This document shows positions 1-14,369 of a stretch of 64,000 nt of DNA, piece by piece (within the stretch, counting starts at the first letter, position 1; the number at the start of each line of letters is the position of its first letter). Made by a program: the position numbers and the translations under genes. The notes beneath the pieces are model-generated. The model was not told the origin of the DNA. It did not search any database and worked only from the letters and a program-made list of their open reading frames with translations. Source of the stretch: Octopus vulgaris (lineage: Eukaryota). The stretch covers positions 36,952,001 through 37,016,000 of the forward strand of contig OX597833.1 of assembly GCA_951406725.2 (NCBI GenBank), in the 5' to 3' direction.

Positions 1-67
1 TGCTCGACTAAAGGCGGTGCTCCAGCATGGCCGCAGTCAAATGACTGAAACAAGTAAAAGAATAAAA
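1..67 (+). mobile_element. 3' end of tRNA-derived SINE family A (CORE-like, octopus OR-type)
   Basis: tgctcgactaaaggcggtgctccagcatggccgcagtcaaatgactgaaacaagtaaaag matches the 3' end of the full copies at 47699-48118 and 53953-54368. Confidence 0.85.
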
Positions 68-1141
68 AAAGAAAAAGAATGTCAGTGGATGTATTTACTG
101 AGTCCAGCAGTTTGACTGCGCCACACTGACCTAACAACATCTACAATATTATTAATCAAACCCTTCCTTTTCAATTTAATGATAATTTCTAATATAGACA
201 GATGGCAAACACATTTAGGGGACAGAACAGTCGGTTAGCTCGATTACAGCATTTGACTAGTGCACTTGGATTGTTATCGAAAGGAGGATGACATGCACAA
301 TCGATGTCTGTAGTATTTGAAAGTAAACAGATGTGAGTATATACAGCAAGATATTTTGCCCTGCACGCTCATTATTCTGCCACTTACCGACTTGATGGTG
401 AGAATATTGAATACTTTTTATGTAAGATGGGTCAGTTGAAACCATTCCACTTCCACTCCACGCTTAAAATCTAAAAAAGAAAAAGATTTAAATGTCGCAA
501 CATATCATTTCCTTCCGCCTTAAAACATGTAGGACTTTTACATAAAATAAGAAGAAGAAAAAGAAGAAACAAATAGTTTTATATAATATATTGATTGATT
601 CATTATTCCTTTGATTTGTTTTTGATGGGGTGCGGAATTTCATCTGAAAGTGAAATTCCTTTTTTTTTTTCCTCCATTTTTAGAGACAAAAAAAAATTAG
701 CTGCAGATTGGGCAGTGTAAGACAGAAATACTTTAGAGTATGGAATAATTTCTATTGGAATTCCAAACAGCATTCACAGACAAGATATTCCTTCACAAGT
801 ACGTTCCGTCTCACCCACTCTCTCTCTAGGCTTGCACTACCTTTGTCTACTTCCGTCCGACCCCCGTCCAAGATCGATAAATTCCGCACAGTCTGGTATG
901 ATGTCGTTGTTTCAGCTGGATTCTATACAGCAAGCTCAATTTGACCTTATTTTCATTTGATAGCGCTCTCATCTTCCCTTACTACCAACTTCCTCTCCAT
1001 CGTCTCCTTCGCCTCCTCCATTCCCCTCTTTCCTTGTTCCTTCATCTCCTCTGGCGCACTCAATTTCCAATTCCTTCCCCCACATCCAACATGTATTCCA
1101 ATTCTCTCTCTTGCTCTCACTCTCTCTTTCTCTCTCGCTCC

Positions 1142-1243
<102 letters not shown>

Positions 1244-1645
1244 CTTCTAACTCTTTTTTTCTCCTCATTCATCATCACTCGTTTTCATATGCATGCGTAC
1301 ACCACCCCGACCCTATTTCATCCTTCTACTCCTGCAAATTTCTTATCACTCTCAACGCCCTCCTTACAACCTTTCACCTCCTCCTACTGTTCCCGAACAT
1401 ATATACTTGCACGCTCTCCTCCCATCTTGTCTCTGATGCTTGCTTGTTCTCCTTTATTGTTTGCCGACTCAATCGTTGCAGTCAAACGTAAAGCCTTCAT
1501 TATTAGTGTTCTCGTAAATTTTCATGGTTATTTACGAAAGCAGGCGAGACACAACGAATTTGGTTCATTTATGATAGGTTGCATAATGTTATTTTTCTTC
1601 CTCCTGAGAGAAATAAAATAATCTCTCTCCACCTCTCTTCCTCTC

Positions 1646-1762
<117 letters not shown>

Positions 1763-1781
1763 GGATATATATATATTCATG

Positions 1782-1821
<40 letters not shown>

Positions 1822-1958
1822 AGTGTATAAGTATATATATACACATATATATACATATATATATTATATCATATTTTATATCATATAATGTATATTATAA
1901 AGTTTCTATATTATATACTTAATATATATAATGTATTATATATCTGACCTTTTATATA

Positions 1959-2262
1959 TTACTTGTTTCAGTTATTAGATTGCGGCCATGCTGGGGCACC
2001 CTCTTGAAGAATTTTAGTCGAACGACTCGACCCCTACTGTTATCTTTTAAGCCTGGTACTTATTCTACTGTCTCTTTTGCTGAACTGCTAAATTACGTGG
2101 ACGTAAACACACTAACAAAAACGCGCGCGCGCACACAAACACACACAATCAATTATATATACATAATCCATTCGCAGGGCTTTGGATGGCCCGAGGCTAT
2201 AGTAGAAGAGATTTGCCTAAGGTGCATTGCAATGGGAATGACCCCGCAGCTATATTGTTCGG
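1959..2262 (-). mobile_element. SINE family A, diverged copy
   Basis: Reverse complement of family A motifs (acttgtttcag, gcggccatgctgg, tacttattcta, ccgaggctatagtagaaga). Confidence 0.75.
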
Positions 2263-2264
2263 AA

Positions 2265-2468
2265 GCGTGGCTGTGTTGTAAAACGTTTTCTTTTCAACTA
2301 TAGGGCTCCAGGTCCAGTCCCACTGCGTGGTGGTTTGGCAACAGAGACCGATAGAATAAGCATCAGGCTTTTAAAAAAATGAATCGATTCGTTCGACTAA
2401 AGTACTACAATGTGGTGCTCCAGCATGGCCACAGTCTAATGATTGAAACAAATAGAAGATAAAAGATA
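2265..2468 (+). mobile_element. SINE family A, internally deleted copy
   Basis: gtcccactgcgtgg, gagaccgatagaataag, gtgctccagcatggccacagtc. Confidence 0.7.
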
Positions 2469-2542
2469 TATCATATAATATATATTATATAAATATTATA
2501 AATATATATGTTTTATATATTATATATTATACATATAATATA

Positions 2543-2726
2543 CCGTATTTTAACGTGTATAAGGAACCCTCGTGTATAAATAAGGAACGCCATAATTTGG
2601 GGGCTTAAAATTTAGAAAAAAAGGTTTTGTAAGGGATCATAATACTATACATGTATAAGAAAGACCCATATTTTTTAAACCTAATTATTGACAAAAAACG
2701 GTTCCATTTACACGTTAAAATTACGA
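2543..2726. mobile_element. MITE, Tc1/mariner-pogo (Tc2-like) type
   Basis: Imperfect ~26-bp TIRs ccgtattttaacgtgtataaggaacc / ggttccatttacacgttaaaattacga, with TA on both sides. Confidence 0.75.
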
Positions 2727-2751
2727 TATATGTCGTATATATTATATATTC

Positions 2752-2885
2752 TTTTCTACTCCAGACACAAGGCCCGAAATTTTGGTAGAGGAGGCCAGTT
2801 AATTAGATCGACCTCAGTACGCAACTGGTACTTAGTTTATCGACACCTAAAGGAAGAAAGGCAAAGTCGACCTCTGCGGAATTTG
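2752..2885 (-). mobile_element. SINE family B fragment
   Basis: cagtacgcaactggtact...gaaaggcaaagtcgacctc is the reverse complement of the core of 52476-52708. Confidence 0.7.
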
Positions 2886-2895
2886 ATATTACATA

Positions 2896-2897
<2 letters not shown>

Positions 2898-2972
<75 letters not shown>
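2898..2972. repeat. (GATA)n microsatellite
   Basis: Direct read. Confidence 0.97.
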
Positions 2973-2973
<1 letters not shown>

Positions 2974-3055
2974 TATACATATATATATTATTTATACATT
3001 ACAAATACTATATATTGTATAAATGTGTGTACGAGCATTTACACACACACACATG

Positions 3056-3091
<36 letters not shown>

Positions 3092-3117
3092 TGTATGTAT
3101 GTGTGTATGTATGTATG

Positions 3118-3149
<32 letters not shown>

Positions 3150-3332
3150 ATTTAGATTCAGACGAATATGGTACTGAAGTTGAAGGCACCAGAATTTAGT
3201 ATGGTATCATCCATATAATTTTAAATAAGGTGATTATAATCAAAACAAGCAGCAAGGATATCCAGAGGTAATGCAGTACGATCGTTTCATGCGACTCCAT
3301 TTAATTGAACAATGCAAATATTACATCAATGC

Positions 3333-3407
<75 letters not shown>

Positions 3408-3751
3408 GTACATAAGTGTGTGTGTGTGAGTGCGTGTGTTGGCGCGTGGCTTAGTGGCTAGGGTATTTTTTGTGATGGTGGTGATGTTCAAGTAAATAGA
3501 AAGGTGAAGAAAAAGGAGCAAAAGTGTTTTTAAATGATTATTCTTGTTTTTATCAGCATTAAAAGGCGGTGCTCCAGCATGGCCACAGTCAAATGACTGA
3601 AACAAGTAAAAGAGGAAAGAGGATTACCATCAAAATCATTGTTTCTGCACGTCTAGCACCGCAATCATCACTCTAACACCACGACAATCACCGCACTAAC
3701 AGCAAAACCACCACCGCCACCACAACCACCACCACCACCACCACCATTATC

Positions 3752-3789
<38 letters not shown>

Positions 3790-4010
3790 AATTCAATCAA
3801 TCAACTGTAGCTAATAATAATTAGTTGAACATATTTTCCTCGTATTTCTTTTCGTGTATAATTGTTTGTGCTTTTCGTATATTTCGTAACCCACCCAGGT
3901 ACATGGCACGTTGAATAGAGCTAGTGGCGTACTTAATGTCTGAAATATATGGCAGATAAAAAGTAACATTTCGAATAAATTAAATAAAGCTTTATACTTT
4001 TCATAATTAA

Positions 4011-6238
4011 CCCTTTGAACCCGCCAGGCCGGTTTTTCAGCCTGTGTATAGTATATACACCCACTAGGCCGATAACTTCTTAACCAATAAAAGACCGTTT
4101 TATATCACAGTTTAGGCTTCTATTCACGACCGAACTTCCGAGAGGAAGCTTCCAGAATTTTTTAGACTTAAATTGCAGAATTTTGATGATTTCTTTTGCT
4201 ATAAACATGAACGGTTAGAAAATGACAACCGATAAACCATTACGAATGATTATGTGGATTCTGATGATAAGAATGGAGAGTCTGATTATGAAAATAACTG
4301 TGATTTTGAGAGCGAAGAGAATGAAGATGATGTTGTCAACAATACAAGTAATAATAATAACACGAGAGCAAACGAAGGAGAAAAAAAAATGATAGTGACT
4401 TTTTTGATAATCACGACCCAGGTGATGATGTTTTACAACCTGTCAGGGGGCGTGGTCGCGGTAAAGGACGTGGTCAAGGTGTGCGACGTATTTCTCAGCC
4501 ACTGTCTGATCAGCGTCAGTGGACAAGTGACAATAGATCGTACACTGAAAAACAATCCAATCCTTAAGAAACACCCAGTCCCCAAAATATTACAGATTCA
4601 ATGAATAATGAGCGCAGCCCTGCTGACTGTTTCACTTTATTCTGAGATGATGATTTGTGGCAGTTCTTTGTCTATGAAACTAATAGGCAGGCAGAACATA
4701 TCAGAGAAGCAAAGCCCTCAAATTATTATGCAAAATCCTTTAGTTCTCAGGCCTTGACAATATCAAAGATAAATGCATTTTTTGGTTGTCGAGTAGCGAT
4801 GGAAATGCTTATTCACAAAGATAACTATGAACAATATTGGCGAGATAAGGAAAAGTTCTTGTCCATCACACTTGGATTTGCACAAGTTTTTACAAGAGAT
4901 AGATTTTTAGCAATGTGGTCTATACTATATAGTGTATATGAACTAAACCCAGAACAAGACAAATCTGACAAGATTTACAAATCCAGGCCCGTGTTCAATC
5001 ACTTGCTAGAAAAATTCAAGTTGCATTACACACCGAAAAGCAATTTGTCACTTGACGAGGAAATGATTCCAATAAAAAAATCCGTCTATAAAACAGTATA
5101 TCAGAGACAGACCGATAAAGTGAGGAATCAAAACATTCCTTGTTTGTGATAGTGAGAATGGCTATATTTCAAAAATGAGAAGTATATACAGGTCGTAGGA
5201 AGGATATTGAAGCAATTGAAAACCTTGATGTGACTGGAAACATTGTTGTTCGTATGTTGGAACCGTTTTGTGACCAATATTACTATGTGTTTACAGACAG
5301 ATTCAACACTAGTGTATATTTGTGTGAGTTCTTGTTGGAAAATAGGAATCTGCTTAGTAGATACTTACAAATCGAAAACTTTTCCCCAAAAATCTCAAAT
5401 CAAAAATTCAAATACGCAGGGGTAAATTTGAACTCATATTCAATGAATTTTAGCAGCGATTGTTTGGTGCCACAAGAAGCCCATTTATTTTGTAACTTCT
5501 GCATCTATAACCCATCTACCCCAGTACAAGTACAAAGGTACGACAGTAAAAAGCACAGAAGACTTCCTGTGGTTTACCCAAAAGCTCTCCAAAATTACAA
5601 TACACACATGCGTGGCACCGATAAAAATGACCAACTTATTAAACTGCATCGGAGCAGACGTCATTACAAATGGCCACGTCGTCTTATCATGAAGTTTTTT
5701 ACGTGGGCCACGTACGTTATCATGGGACATTATAAGCTGCATAATCCCCAGGGGAAAAGTGCGTTTACATTCCATGCGTTTGTTGGAAAACTCTGCCATG
5801 AACTTGTAGGCAATTATCGCCGACTGTTAACGAGGAAAATACATCCGAACACAGACAAACGCAGAGCTTCCCACGCAACTTTGAACAATAGGGTGTAGTG
5901 TGCCTAGGAAAGCAACAAAATTCAAGTGCTGCATATAAAGACCTTTCCAAAAAGTCAAAAACAGTTCACTAGTATAATTATTGTAAAACTATCTTGTACG
6001 TCGGAGTACCACGGCAAAATTGCTGGCACAACTGGCACGCTAAAGTTCAGTTTTGGAGGTAGAAGTGAGAAAATAAAATAAACAACATGAAATAGGTATT
6101 TATTTGTTTATTTATCATAAATAACAACAAAAAACTCGGACATGAATAAAAAATAAATCATAACTGAATTTTTTGCAAATTTTCACTGGGAGATCAGGGT
6201 GGAGACCATGTCAAGATGGGCTCGTAGGGTTCAAAGGG
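4011..6238 (+). mobile_element. piggyBac DNA transposon, full-length but defective (2228 bp)
   Basis: Perfect 12-bp TIRs ccctttgaaccc (4011-4022) / gggttcaaaggg (6227-6238), TTAA TSD at 4007-4010 and 6239-6242, internal transposase remnant. Confidence 0.95.
4222..6062 (+). pseudogene. piggyBac (PGBD4-like) transposase with frameshifts and stops
   Basis: Acidic N-terminus; motifs FTRDRF, DKIYKSRP, LSLDEEMIP, FTDRFNTS and YNTHMRGTDKNDQ in ORF pieces 4655-5149 and 5230-5898; start position approximate. Confidence 0.9.
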
Positions 6239-7179
6239 TTAAGCACTTGTTAGTAAAAAATGTGATAGGAACTGCTTTGCTGACTTTTCGTAAAGAATAT
6301 TTGATTAAAAAGTGTACGGCTTGTTGGTCACTTAAGATATTTGTCACCTTACATTCACATTATTTTCTCGATATTCTGGCATAATTAAATTTAAACTACA
6401 GAATTAAAACGTACTATTAATAGGAATGTGGCTCAAATAAATCCAAAATACAGACCTTCAATGATGCAAGAGTGTTCAAATTAATAAAACATCTCGGTTT
6501 ATATGAGCATCATAAAGTGGAGATAAACTCCAGAAAAGGGTGAATCTGTGATTCACGTTCCATACTATGTCGAACCACTTTTACTTCAATTGCTCTTCGT
6601 AGTCAATACAATGCAAATGAATGATGACCACCAGATTTTCTAAATACCATTCATAAAGACGAAGTTTCTCGGTAGAGGCATAGCATCCAGCGACCATTTG
6701 TGATTACGAAGCGTTTCATTTTCATTTTTTCACAGATCAGCCGAAATAACGTAACTTGGCAGTATTTATAGACAGCTACTTATATCTTATCTTAACTACA
6801 TAATGTGTCCAAAATCCATGCCATCTAATTTTCTAAATGTCAGTTGAAGTTTTACTTTATGTTGTACTACTATTTGTGTGTGTTTATCCTGTGCATGTTT
6901 TGTGATAATGTGTCACAGAGATTTTGTTGTTTATAGTATATTTTCCTTTATTTTGCCGCATATCACATAACATATTTCTTAGAATCATCATAAGATAATC
7001 TGTAATAGAGAAAGGGTGAAGAGAAAGGGAGACAGACAAGCTGACAGACTTTTCAAAAAACACATTCGAGCCGTGATCACCCAATCGTTTTAAGAGTGTG
7101 TTGGACAGCATTATCCGACGTATTCCTCGTGTTTTATGAGGAATTTAAGCACAGACACCCGCATAAACAGAGTCCGGTA

Positions 7180-7575
7180 TGGGTATATGGTTAGGAAGCT
7201 CCCTATGCAACCACGCAGCTTCGAGTTTAGTTCTACTGCACGGTATCTGGGGCTAGCGTCTTTTACTATAGCATCGGGCCGATCAATGTCTTGTGAGTTT
7301 AGTTAACCGGAAACTGTGTGTAAACTCATTGCGTGTATACACACACACACATAAACACACACATACACATATATACATATACACATAAGTATATATATCT
7401 TTGTGTTTATCCACCTCCTACGCATGACAATTAATGTTGGTTTGTTTCCATGCCCGCAATTTAGTGGTTCGGCAAAAAACACTGATAAATAATTTGATTT
7501 GTTCAACTAAACCCTTTAAGGTGGTGCTTCATTATGGCTGTAGTTCAGTGACTAAAAAAGTAAACGATAAAAGTG
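7180..7575 (+). mobile_element. SINE family A, old diverged copy
   Basis: Degenerate matches to the head, tactatagc, ggaaactg, ttagtggttcggcaaaa and ggtggtgct motifs. Confidence 0.65.
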
Positions 7576-7717
7576 ATTAAGTTTTCCATGCCAATTACGA
7601 AAATTAAAACCACTTTTTGAAGAAATCAATGATAAAATACTTACAAAACTTTAAAGATTGGGAATTTCTATAAGTTTAGCTGCTTGATCCATTTTCAACT
7701 TCCCATCTAGCAGTAGA

Positions 7718-7850
7718 GTTTAGGGTTAGGGACAAGAGTAAGGATTAGATTTAGGGCGGTTAGAGTCAGGGTAGAGTTTAGAGTTAGGATTCAGGGACAG
7801 AAGTTAGCGTGTAATGTTTTGTGTTAGGGTTAGGATATAGGATTTTGGTT
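7718..7850 (+). repeat. Degenerate TTAGGG-like interstitial repeat
   Basis: ttagggttaggg, ttagggcggttagagtcaggg, gttagggttagg. Confidence 0.6.
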
Positions 7851-8713
7851 ACAGTTTGTGTTTGTAGTGTATTACAAAATTTCATAGCAAAAACTGATTT
7901 GTTGTTTTCTATTATTCAAAATTTGTATCTTTAAAGGTTACTCTTTTGCTCTTTTACTTGTTTCAATCATTTGACTGTGGCCATGTGTAAATTGTTCTTA
8001 TTAATTTCTCAAAAGATAACAATATTTTGGGATTGTTACAGTCGCGTTTCGAAAATTAAAAAAAAAAAAAAGTGACGCTTTCCATTACATCGTATAGGCA
8101 TAAAAAAAAGTTTGATCTGTTTGGCTAAAATGACAAAAAAACTTCATTCTTTAAAAGTTGTTATCATTGATTTCAAAAAATAAATAAAATAGTTGAGAGT
8201 TTCAAAACTGGCATAAAAAACATCTGTGAAGAAATTTTCAATAAGATCCGCAGAAATTATTTAAACTGAAAAAGATCCAAAAGTTCTAATGAAGTGAATA
8301 TCCCCTTTTAGTTGTAGGGACAGATATGTAGTTAAACTATGAAACATGCACGTGCAGACATTACAGTGACACAAATACATAGTATGCAAACAGACAGGCA
8401 GACAGACAAACAGACAGACAGACATGCAAGCAGGGAGACAGACAGCAAGGCATATGGATGCATACAAACATGTATTCCGCGAGATATGGGGGTCAGTTTT
8501 GCAGACAGAGGATAATAACTAAAAAAAATATTCGACACAATTGCTTGACATTTGCGTTTCAGCAAGGAGTTGAATCTTGAAACAATTGACTCACACATCT
8601 GGTTTCACTAAGTTATATAAAAAAAAATAATAATAAAATAAAAACAGTTGGGTTTAATGTAAACATCAGAGAGATTTGCGTGATATGGTGGTAACGGTGG
8701 TGAAGCTATTTTA

Positions 8714-8915
<202 letters not shown>

Positions 8916-9834
8916 GCACGTATGTACGTACAAAATACATACATACAGACACCCAGACAGACATAATCTGTTTATTATAAACACTTTGGCTACATTTGTA
9001 GATGGGTAAAACAGTTGACACGTCTTACTTGCAATGTCTTTTTACATATTCTGGAAAAACAAAAGCTTTAATCAACATAAACACATACGCATATACGCAC
9101 AAACATACGTATGTATGTAGGTACATACATACATGTATACACTTAATCTGTTTATCAGTTTGGTTACATTTGTGATTGGTTTATTGGTTGAGGAAAGTTA
9201 ACATGTTAACTTGCATATTCTGGAATAACAAAAAATTTAATCAACATAAATACGCACACACACACACACACACACATAAACATCCGATAAAAAGAGTATC
9301 ACTAGTTGTCTATTCTAAATACGTAGGTTGCGTAATGGCTGACTGAGACAATTGATATCGTTCACTTGTAATAATTTCTTTATATTCCGGCATAAAAAAG
9401 TTTGTTTTAAAATGATCTCTATGAAGCTTTAACTGCTAAAAGGGAAACGCGGAAAGAATGAAGCGATGTTATTGCCAATAAGATGGCACAAGCGAATCCT
9501 AGTCTTCAATGACATAACAATGCTAATAATAATAGAATAGGGCAGAGTGATGATTGTATGAAGGAAGAGGCACAAATCAAAAGGCCTGTTATCAGTGACA
9601 TGGCTGAGCTAATAATGATTTATAATCTAGCGGCAAGGCCACAATTTATTGCGGTGAGAGAAGACGATTATATTAAGAGAATATTTAAACGGCTCATATC
9701 TGATCAATTCCTGAAGAATGAAAGGCTTAGTCAGTTCCGACAGAATTTGAACTCATCACGTAAAAGAACATAGTTAAATTTTATTCGATGTTCTATCAAT
9801 TCTGCTAATCTTCCGCTTTGCAGTGATAATAAAC

Positions 9835-10048
9835 CTTTCTACTATAGGCATAAGGCCTGAAATTTTGATGGTGAAGATTGACAATTACATCGACCACAGT
9901 ACTCGACTGGTACTTATTTTATCGAGGCCCGAAGGGCTGGAAGGCAAAGTCGATCTTGGTGGCATTTCAACTCAGAACGTAAAGACAGACGAAATGCCGC
10001 TTAACATTTTGTCTGGCGTGCTAACGATTCTGCCGGTTCGCTGCCTTT
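9835..10048 (-). mobile_element. SINE family B copy
   Basis: Reverse complement of 52476-52708 motifs (gaaggcaaagtcga, actcagaacgtaa, gtgctaacgattctgcc). Confidence 0.75.
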
Positions 10049-11049
10049 TGCAGTGTTGATAATAATTGTTCATAACTGTGCATATAGATGGTTGTCAGAC
10101 AAAATGCCTTGTTGTATTTAGTTACGTCCTGAGTTTGGATCCTTTTGGGTCAATTTTACTTTTTATTCTTCTGGGGTCGATAATATAAATACTGATTAAA
10201 GTACAACTTGAATCAACTGCACCGTCTCTTAAAGTATCTATGTTAGAGATCAATAATTAGTTAAATGGTCAGTATGTGTGTGTGTATGAGAGTAAGGGAG
10301 GCCAAAGAGAAGAAGAAAAAGTGAGAGAGAAAATTTCTGAAAAATTACTTGCTAACTTGATACACGAGTTATTTTTAACTTTTCGTGTAGAGAACGCTGT
10401 GCACGAAACTAATAAGTGTTTATTTCAAGTCAAAGCTTGTGTTTTCAGCTTTCATGAAACAAAACTATGTTGACGTACTCATATTGTTAATATTTCGTTG
10501 ATGTATACTATTCACAACTTCATCCTTATCTAAAAATGAAGGCAAGTTAAAGCCACAAAAAAGTTTTCCTCGGTAGCATGCAGCATAGAGGTTACAATTC
10601 CAATATAAATCGATTACATTTCACATACTATGTTAATGCTTTGAAAACAAAAAGATTAAGATTATACGTAATTCCTCGGTATTCTCTCCTGTAAAATATA
10701 GCTTTTGTACATACTCAAAAGGAACCAAAATTTGCTCTCTCAGTATATGAATAAAACAAGCTATAATAACAAGAATAATTTTAGGGGAGCGTTGAAGATT
10801 AGATATCAACCCCAATACATGAAAGTTAATAGTTTCATCAAGTTTGGACGGAAGAATAAAAGAAGTCGGCTTCAGCGAGATTTGTTTTCAGAACGCCAAG
10901 AAACGTAACTAAATATTTCGTGGTTCAACGTAAAGTGAAGTGAAAGGGATAAAACATATCTTTATGGAAAGGTGGCAAGAGTACAGTGACATTGCCGTAG
11001 GAAGTGGAGTGTTCAAACGTTTCAAATAGTATCCTTCTTTAGCCTTCAC

Positions 11050-11460
11050 TTGGCAAAGGGGGAAAAAAGTAAAGACAGCAGTGTTTTACCTGCTCTTCTT
11101 TGAGCAACAGTTAAAATTTCGAAATATTTTTCAGAACACTTCAAAATTAATTTCTTTCCTGTGAAAATAACTAAAGCAGATGTTTGTTCAATTACAACTG
11201 CAGCTTTATCGTACACCATTCTTCAGTGGTGCTATCACTGGACGATGCTAGCCATTTCAAGTCATATGCTTGCACATGTTTTCCTATATACAGGTTTGGA
11301 AGACGATTTAGTCATCTTCATGAGTAAATTCATGCTCAATGTCATGTATATTGGAGATTCACAGTTGTTCTGTTAGAATTCTTTTGTAGTAAAGCAAGCT
11401 TTATGGGAGTTGGTTGTTCATTTCTTCTGCAAGGGAGGGAATCGTCTTATCAGGAAACCA
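11050..11460 (-). pseudogene. Possible highly decayed hAT (SPIN/GTF2IRD2-like) transposase fragment
   Basis: Broken minus-strand reading gives ...LTEQL... and YDLKWLASSSD, loosely like the hAT 'ITEELL...L.W..LVSVTTDGA' block; very degraded. Confidence 0.3.
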
Positions 11461-11512
11461 TTTTAGCTTTTCGTGAAGTAAAATGAATAAAACATATTAA
11501 GACATCTGTTTA

Positions 11513-11551
<39 letters not shown>

Positions 11552-12026
11552 ACATTCATATACACATAAGCACTTAGATATGAATATGAAGGCATGTACG
11601 TATCCACATGTATAAATTATTGACTTATGATAAGGAACACGCTTGTGTGCGCTCATATTTTACTTTCTTTCCTCTTAATTTCCTTCTTTCATTAAAAGCT
11701 TTCTCTCTATGGTTCATCCTTGCATACATTCACTCTTTTCCTCACTTTCAATGCTATGTATACTCAATTTTTTTTCTCTTGATTCTTCCTCATCACTCAT
11801 TTTTATTTTTCTCTCTTTCCCTTCAGTGCTGTTATCCTTCTACCTTATTTGCACTTTCCTTCATATTCTGTTCCCGTTTTTCTTTCTATATTTCTGTTCA
11901 TTTATTCTTCTCATCTTTCTTTCATGTTTTTCTTTCTTTTTTTTTTTTTTGTATCTTTCTTCCATTGGTTCTGCATTTATTCATTCTTTCTCTTCTCCAT
12001 TTCTGCATATTGTATTTCTTTCTTTA

Positions 12027-12071
<45 letters not shown>

Positions 12072-13119
12072 GCTAAGTTTCTTTCTTTTTTCATCGTTCA
12101 CAGTTTCTTTTATTTTAATTTGTCCTCCTTTTCTCTACACACACACTCCTTTTTTTTTCTCTCCTGTTTTTCTTTTTCTGTTTTGCTTCATTCTTCATTT
12201 CGCCCTTCTTTTTCACTTTTTTATTTATCTGATATTTTCCTTCTTTTTTTCCCCCGCTTTCTTCCCTTCCATCTCACGCCTTCTCTGTCAAGCTCTCTTC
12301 CTAGCTCTATTATTATCGTCTGTATATAACTACATTATTCACACTGTAGCATATCTCTGTCTCATAACACCACCAATGGCAACCAGATGTCAGCCGAATC
12401 AACGAGAAAGTTTCTATACGGTTGCTCAACATGCTGGAAAGAACAAGCAAAATTTCCTCAAATTGCACTCTGCCGTTAAAAGTAAAAGCAGAGAACACAT
12501 AAGATACCGAAGTTCTAGATAAACCATAGAATCTAGCATGTACAAGTCAGCAGTACCTTAAGTCTAATTATTCAGAGTGAGCCTGGGATTATAAAATAAC
12601 AGCAAAAACAGAAACAACAACCAGATGTCAACCACCTTTTCTTTTTCCAACCTAAATTTTGTAAATTACTGATTTAATGTCCTGTTTGTCAATCTTTTTA
12701 CAAGACTTCACCGTTCTCTCTCTTTTTTTCTCTCTCTCTTCTAATTTCACACACACACACACACACGATTTAGCTAGCTACCATTAAGAGTTATGAGTCT
12801 ACTGACAGAGTGAGAGAGAGAGAGAGATAGAGAGATAGAATGTGTGTGTGTGAATATGTGTGGGTATTTGAGTGCAATTGTGTATACGTGTATGTGAGTG
12901 TGAGTGCGCGTGCGTGCGTGCGAGTATTATGCATGGTATCAAAAATATCTATATCTCATATAGATGCATGTACACTCAAATAAATGTACAAGCATCTTCA
13001 CACACACACACATACACACACACACACACACGCACACACGCACACACACACACACACAACGCATATAAATATTCATAGATATATATGTGTTTGTGAATAT
13101 ATGTATATGATACGTATGT

Positions 13120-13690
13120 ATACAAGCACGCATTGCTTTGCATCACAGTCATGAACATGAACTGGGAAAACATCTTCCGATACAGATATGGCCACCAAGT
13201 TTTCTTCAACAGCACGAAGACACAATTATTACATCTCAAACAGACTCACAATACTATATTCCCACTACAGGTGAACTACATAATCTCTACGAGCATTCAA
13301 TGGCTGCCTCACAAATACAGTATTGCAAAAGCTACAGCAGAGAGCATACAATCTCATGCAGCCTTCTACAAAGCTCGAGTGTGACCCACATTAGAGTTCT
13401 GCTGATATAACTGAGATTGATGTTTATGTTACGTACATCTTAAACTGCATAAACAATTTAAAGGCTATTCTACCGATTGGCAAGGATTCACGCGCAAATA
13501 TGTTATTTCATCTCACTTTCCCTCTCTCTGTCTCTCTGTCTCTCTCTCCCTCTTGTAGCATTCTTTTAACGATCATTGCCCCTGATCCTCGTTCATATGT
13601 TATCAGACTGCCGTGAAACTGCACAAACATTTATGGATCCTTTCTTCTAAGATCTATCTGAAACTCAATTTCTGTACAGAGTTTCCTCAA
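13120..13690 (+). pseudogene. Decayed non-LTR retrotransposon RT C-terminal fragment (CR1/L2/Jockey group)
   Basis: VFFNSTKTQ, WLPHKYSIAKA and FYKARV*PTLEFC resemble FN..KTQ, W..HI..I.KA and LYKA.VRP.LEYC. Confidence 0.65.
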
Positions 13691-13868
13691 TTTACAAATG
13701 CGTGCACGCACGCGCATATGTACAAACACACACGCACATGCACACACACACATACATACATACATACATACATACATACATACATACATACATACATACA
13801 TACATACATACATACATACATACATACATACACACGCACATACATACATACATACATACATACATACA

Positions 13869-13900
<32 letters not shown>

Positions 13901-14369
13901 GTTCAAATTTACAGAAAGCAAAAGACGAAGACAGGTGTAGGAGCGACAAGCAGGTGTATTAGTTTAACGCTCGGGAAGACTGGATCAGCTGAGATACTTG
14001 GGTACTTATTAACGGACTTCCCAAGCCTATTACTAATTTTGCCAGATTCGGAAGAGCAGTATTTTCACTTTGGAATGACAGGAGGCAAAGTTTGAGCTCA
14101 GTATGTACAGAACCGTAATAGATATTGCAAGTCATCTCGTATTAACATCCAATTAAACCACTGCTATATTAGTACTGCCAACGATAAGGCAATATAGAAA
14201 AGAAAACAGTTGACGGCACTGAATTAATTTAAAATAACTTATTTTGTAAGTGTATTTTGTAGTATATCATAGCAACAAAATGAAACATTTTTAACACGCC
14301 ATAAAATTGTATGTGTGCGTGTATGTGTACGTGTATGTACAACAAACCACAATCGGACAATGTCTGTGT

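Noticed and set aside
7650-7937. ctttaaagat / atctttaaag as TIRs around the TTAGGG-like patch
   Set aside because: Only about 10 AT-rich bp match and there is no convincing TSD.
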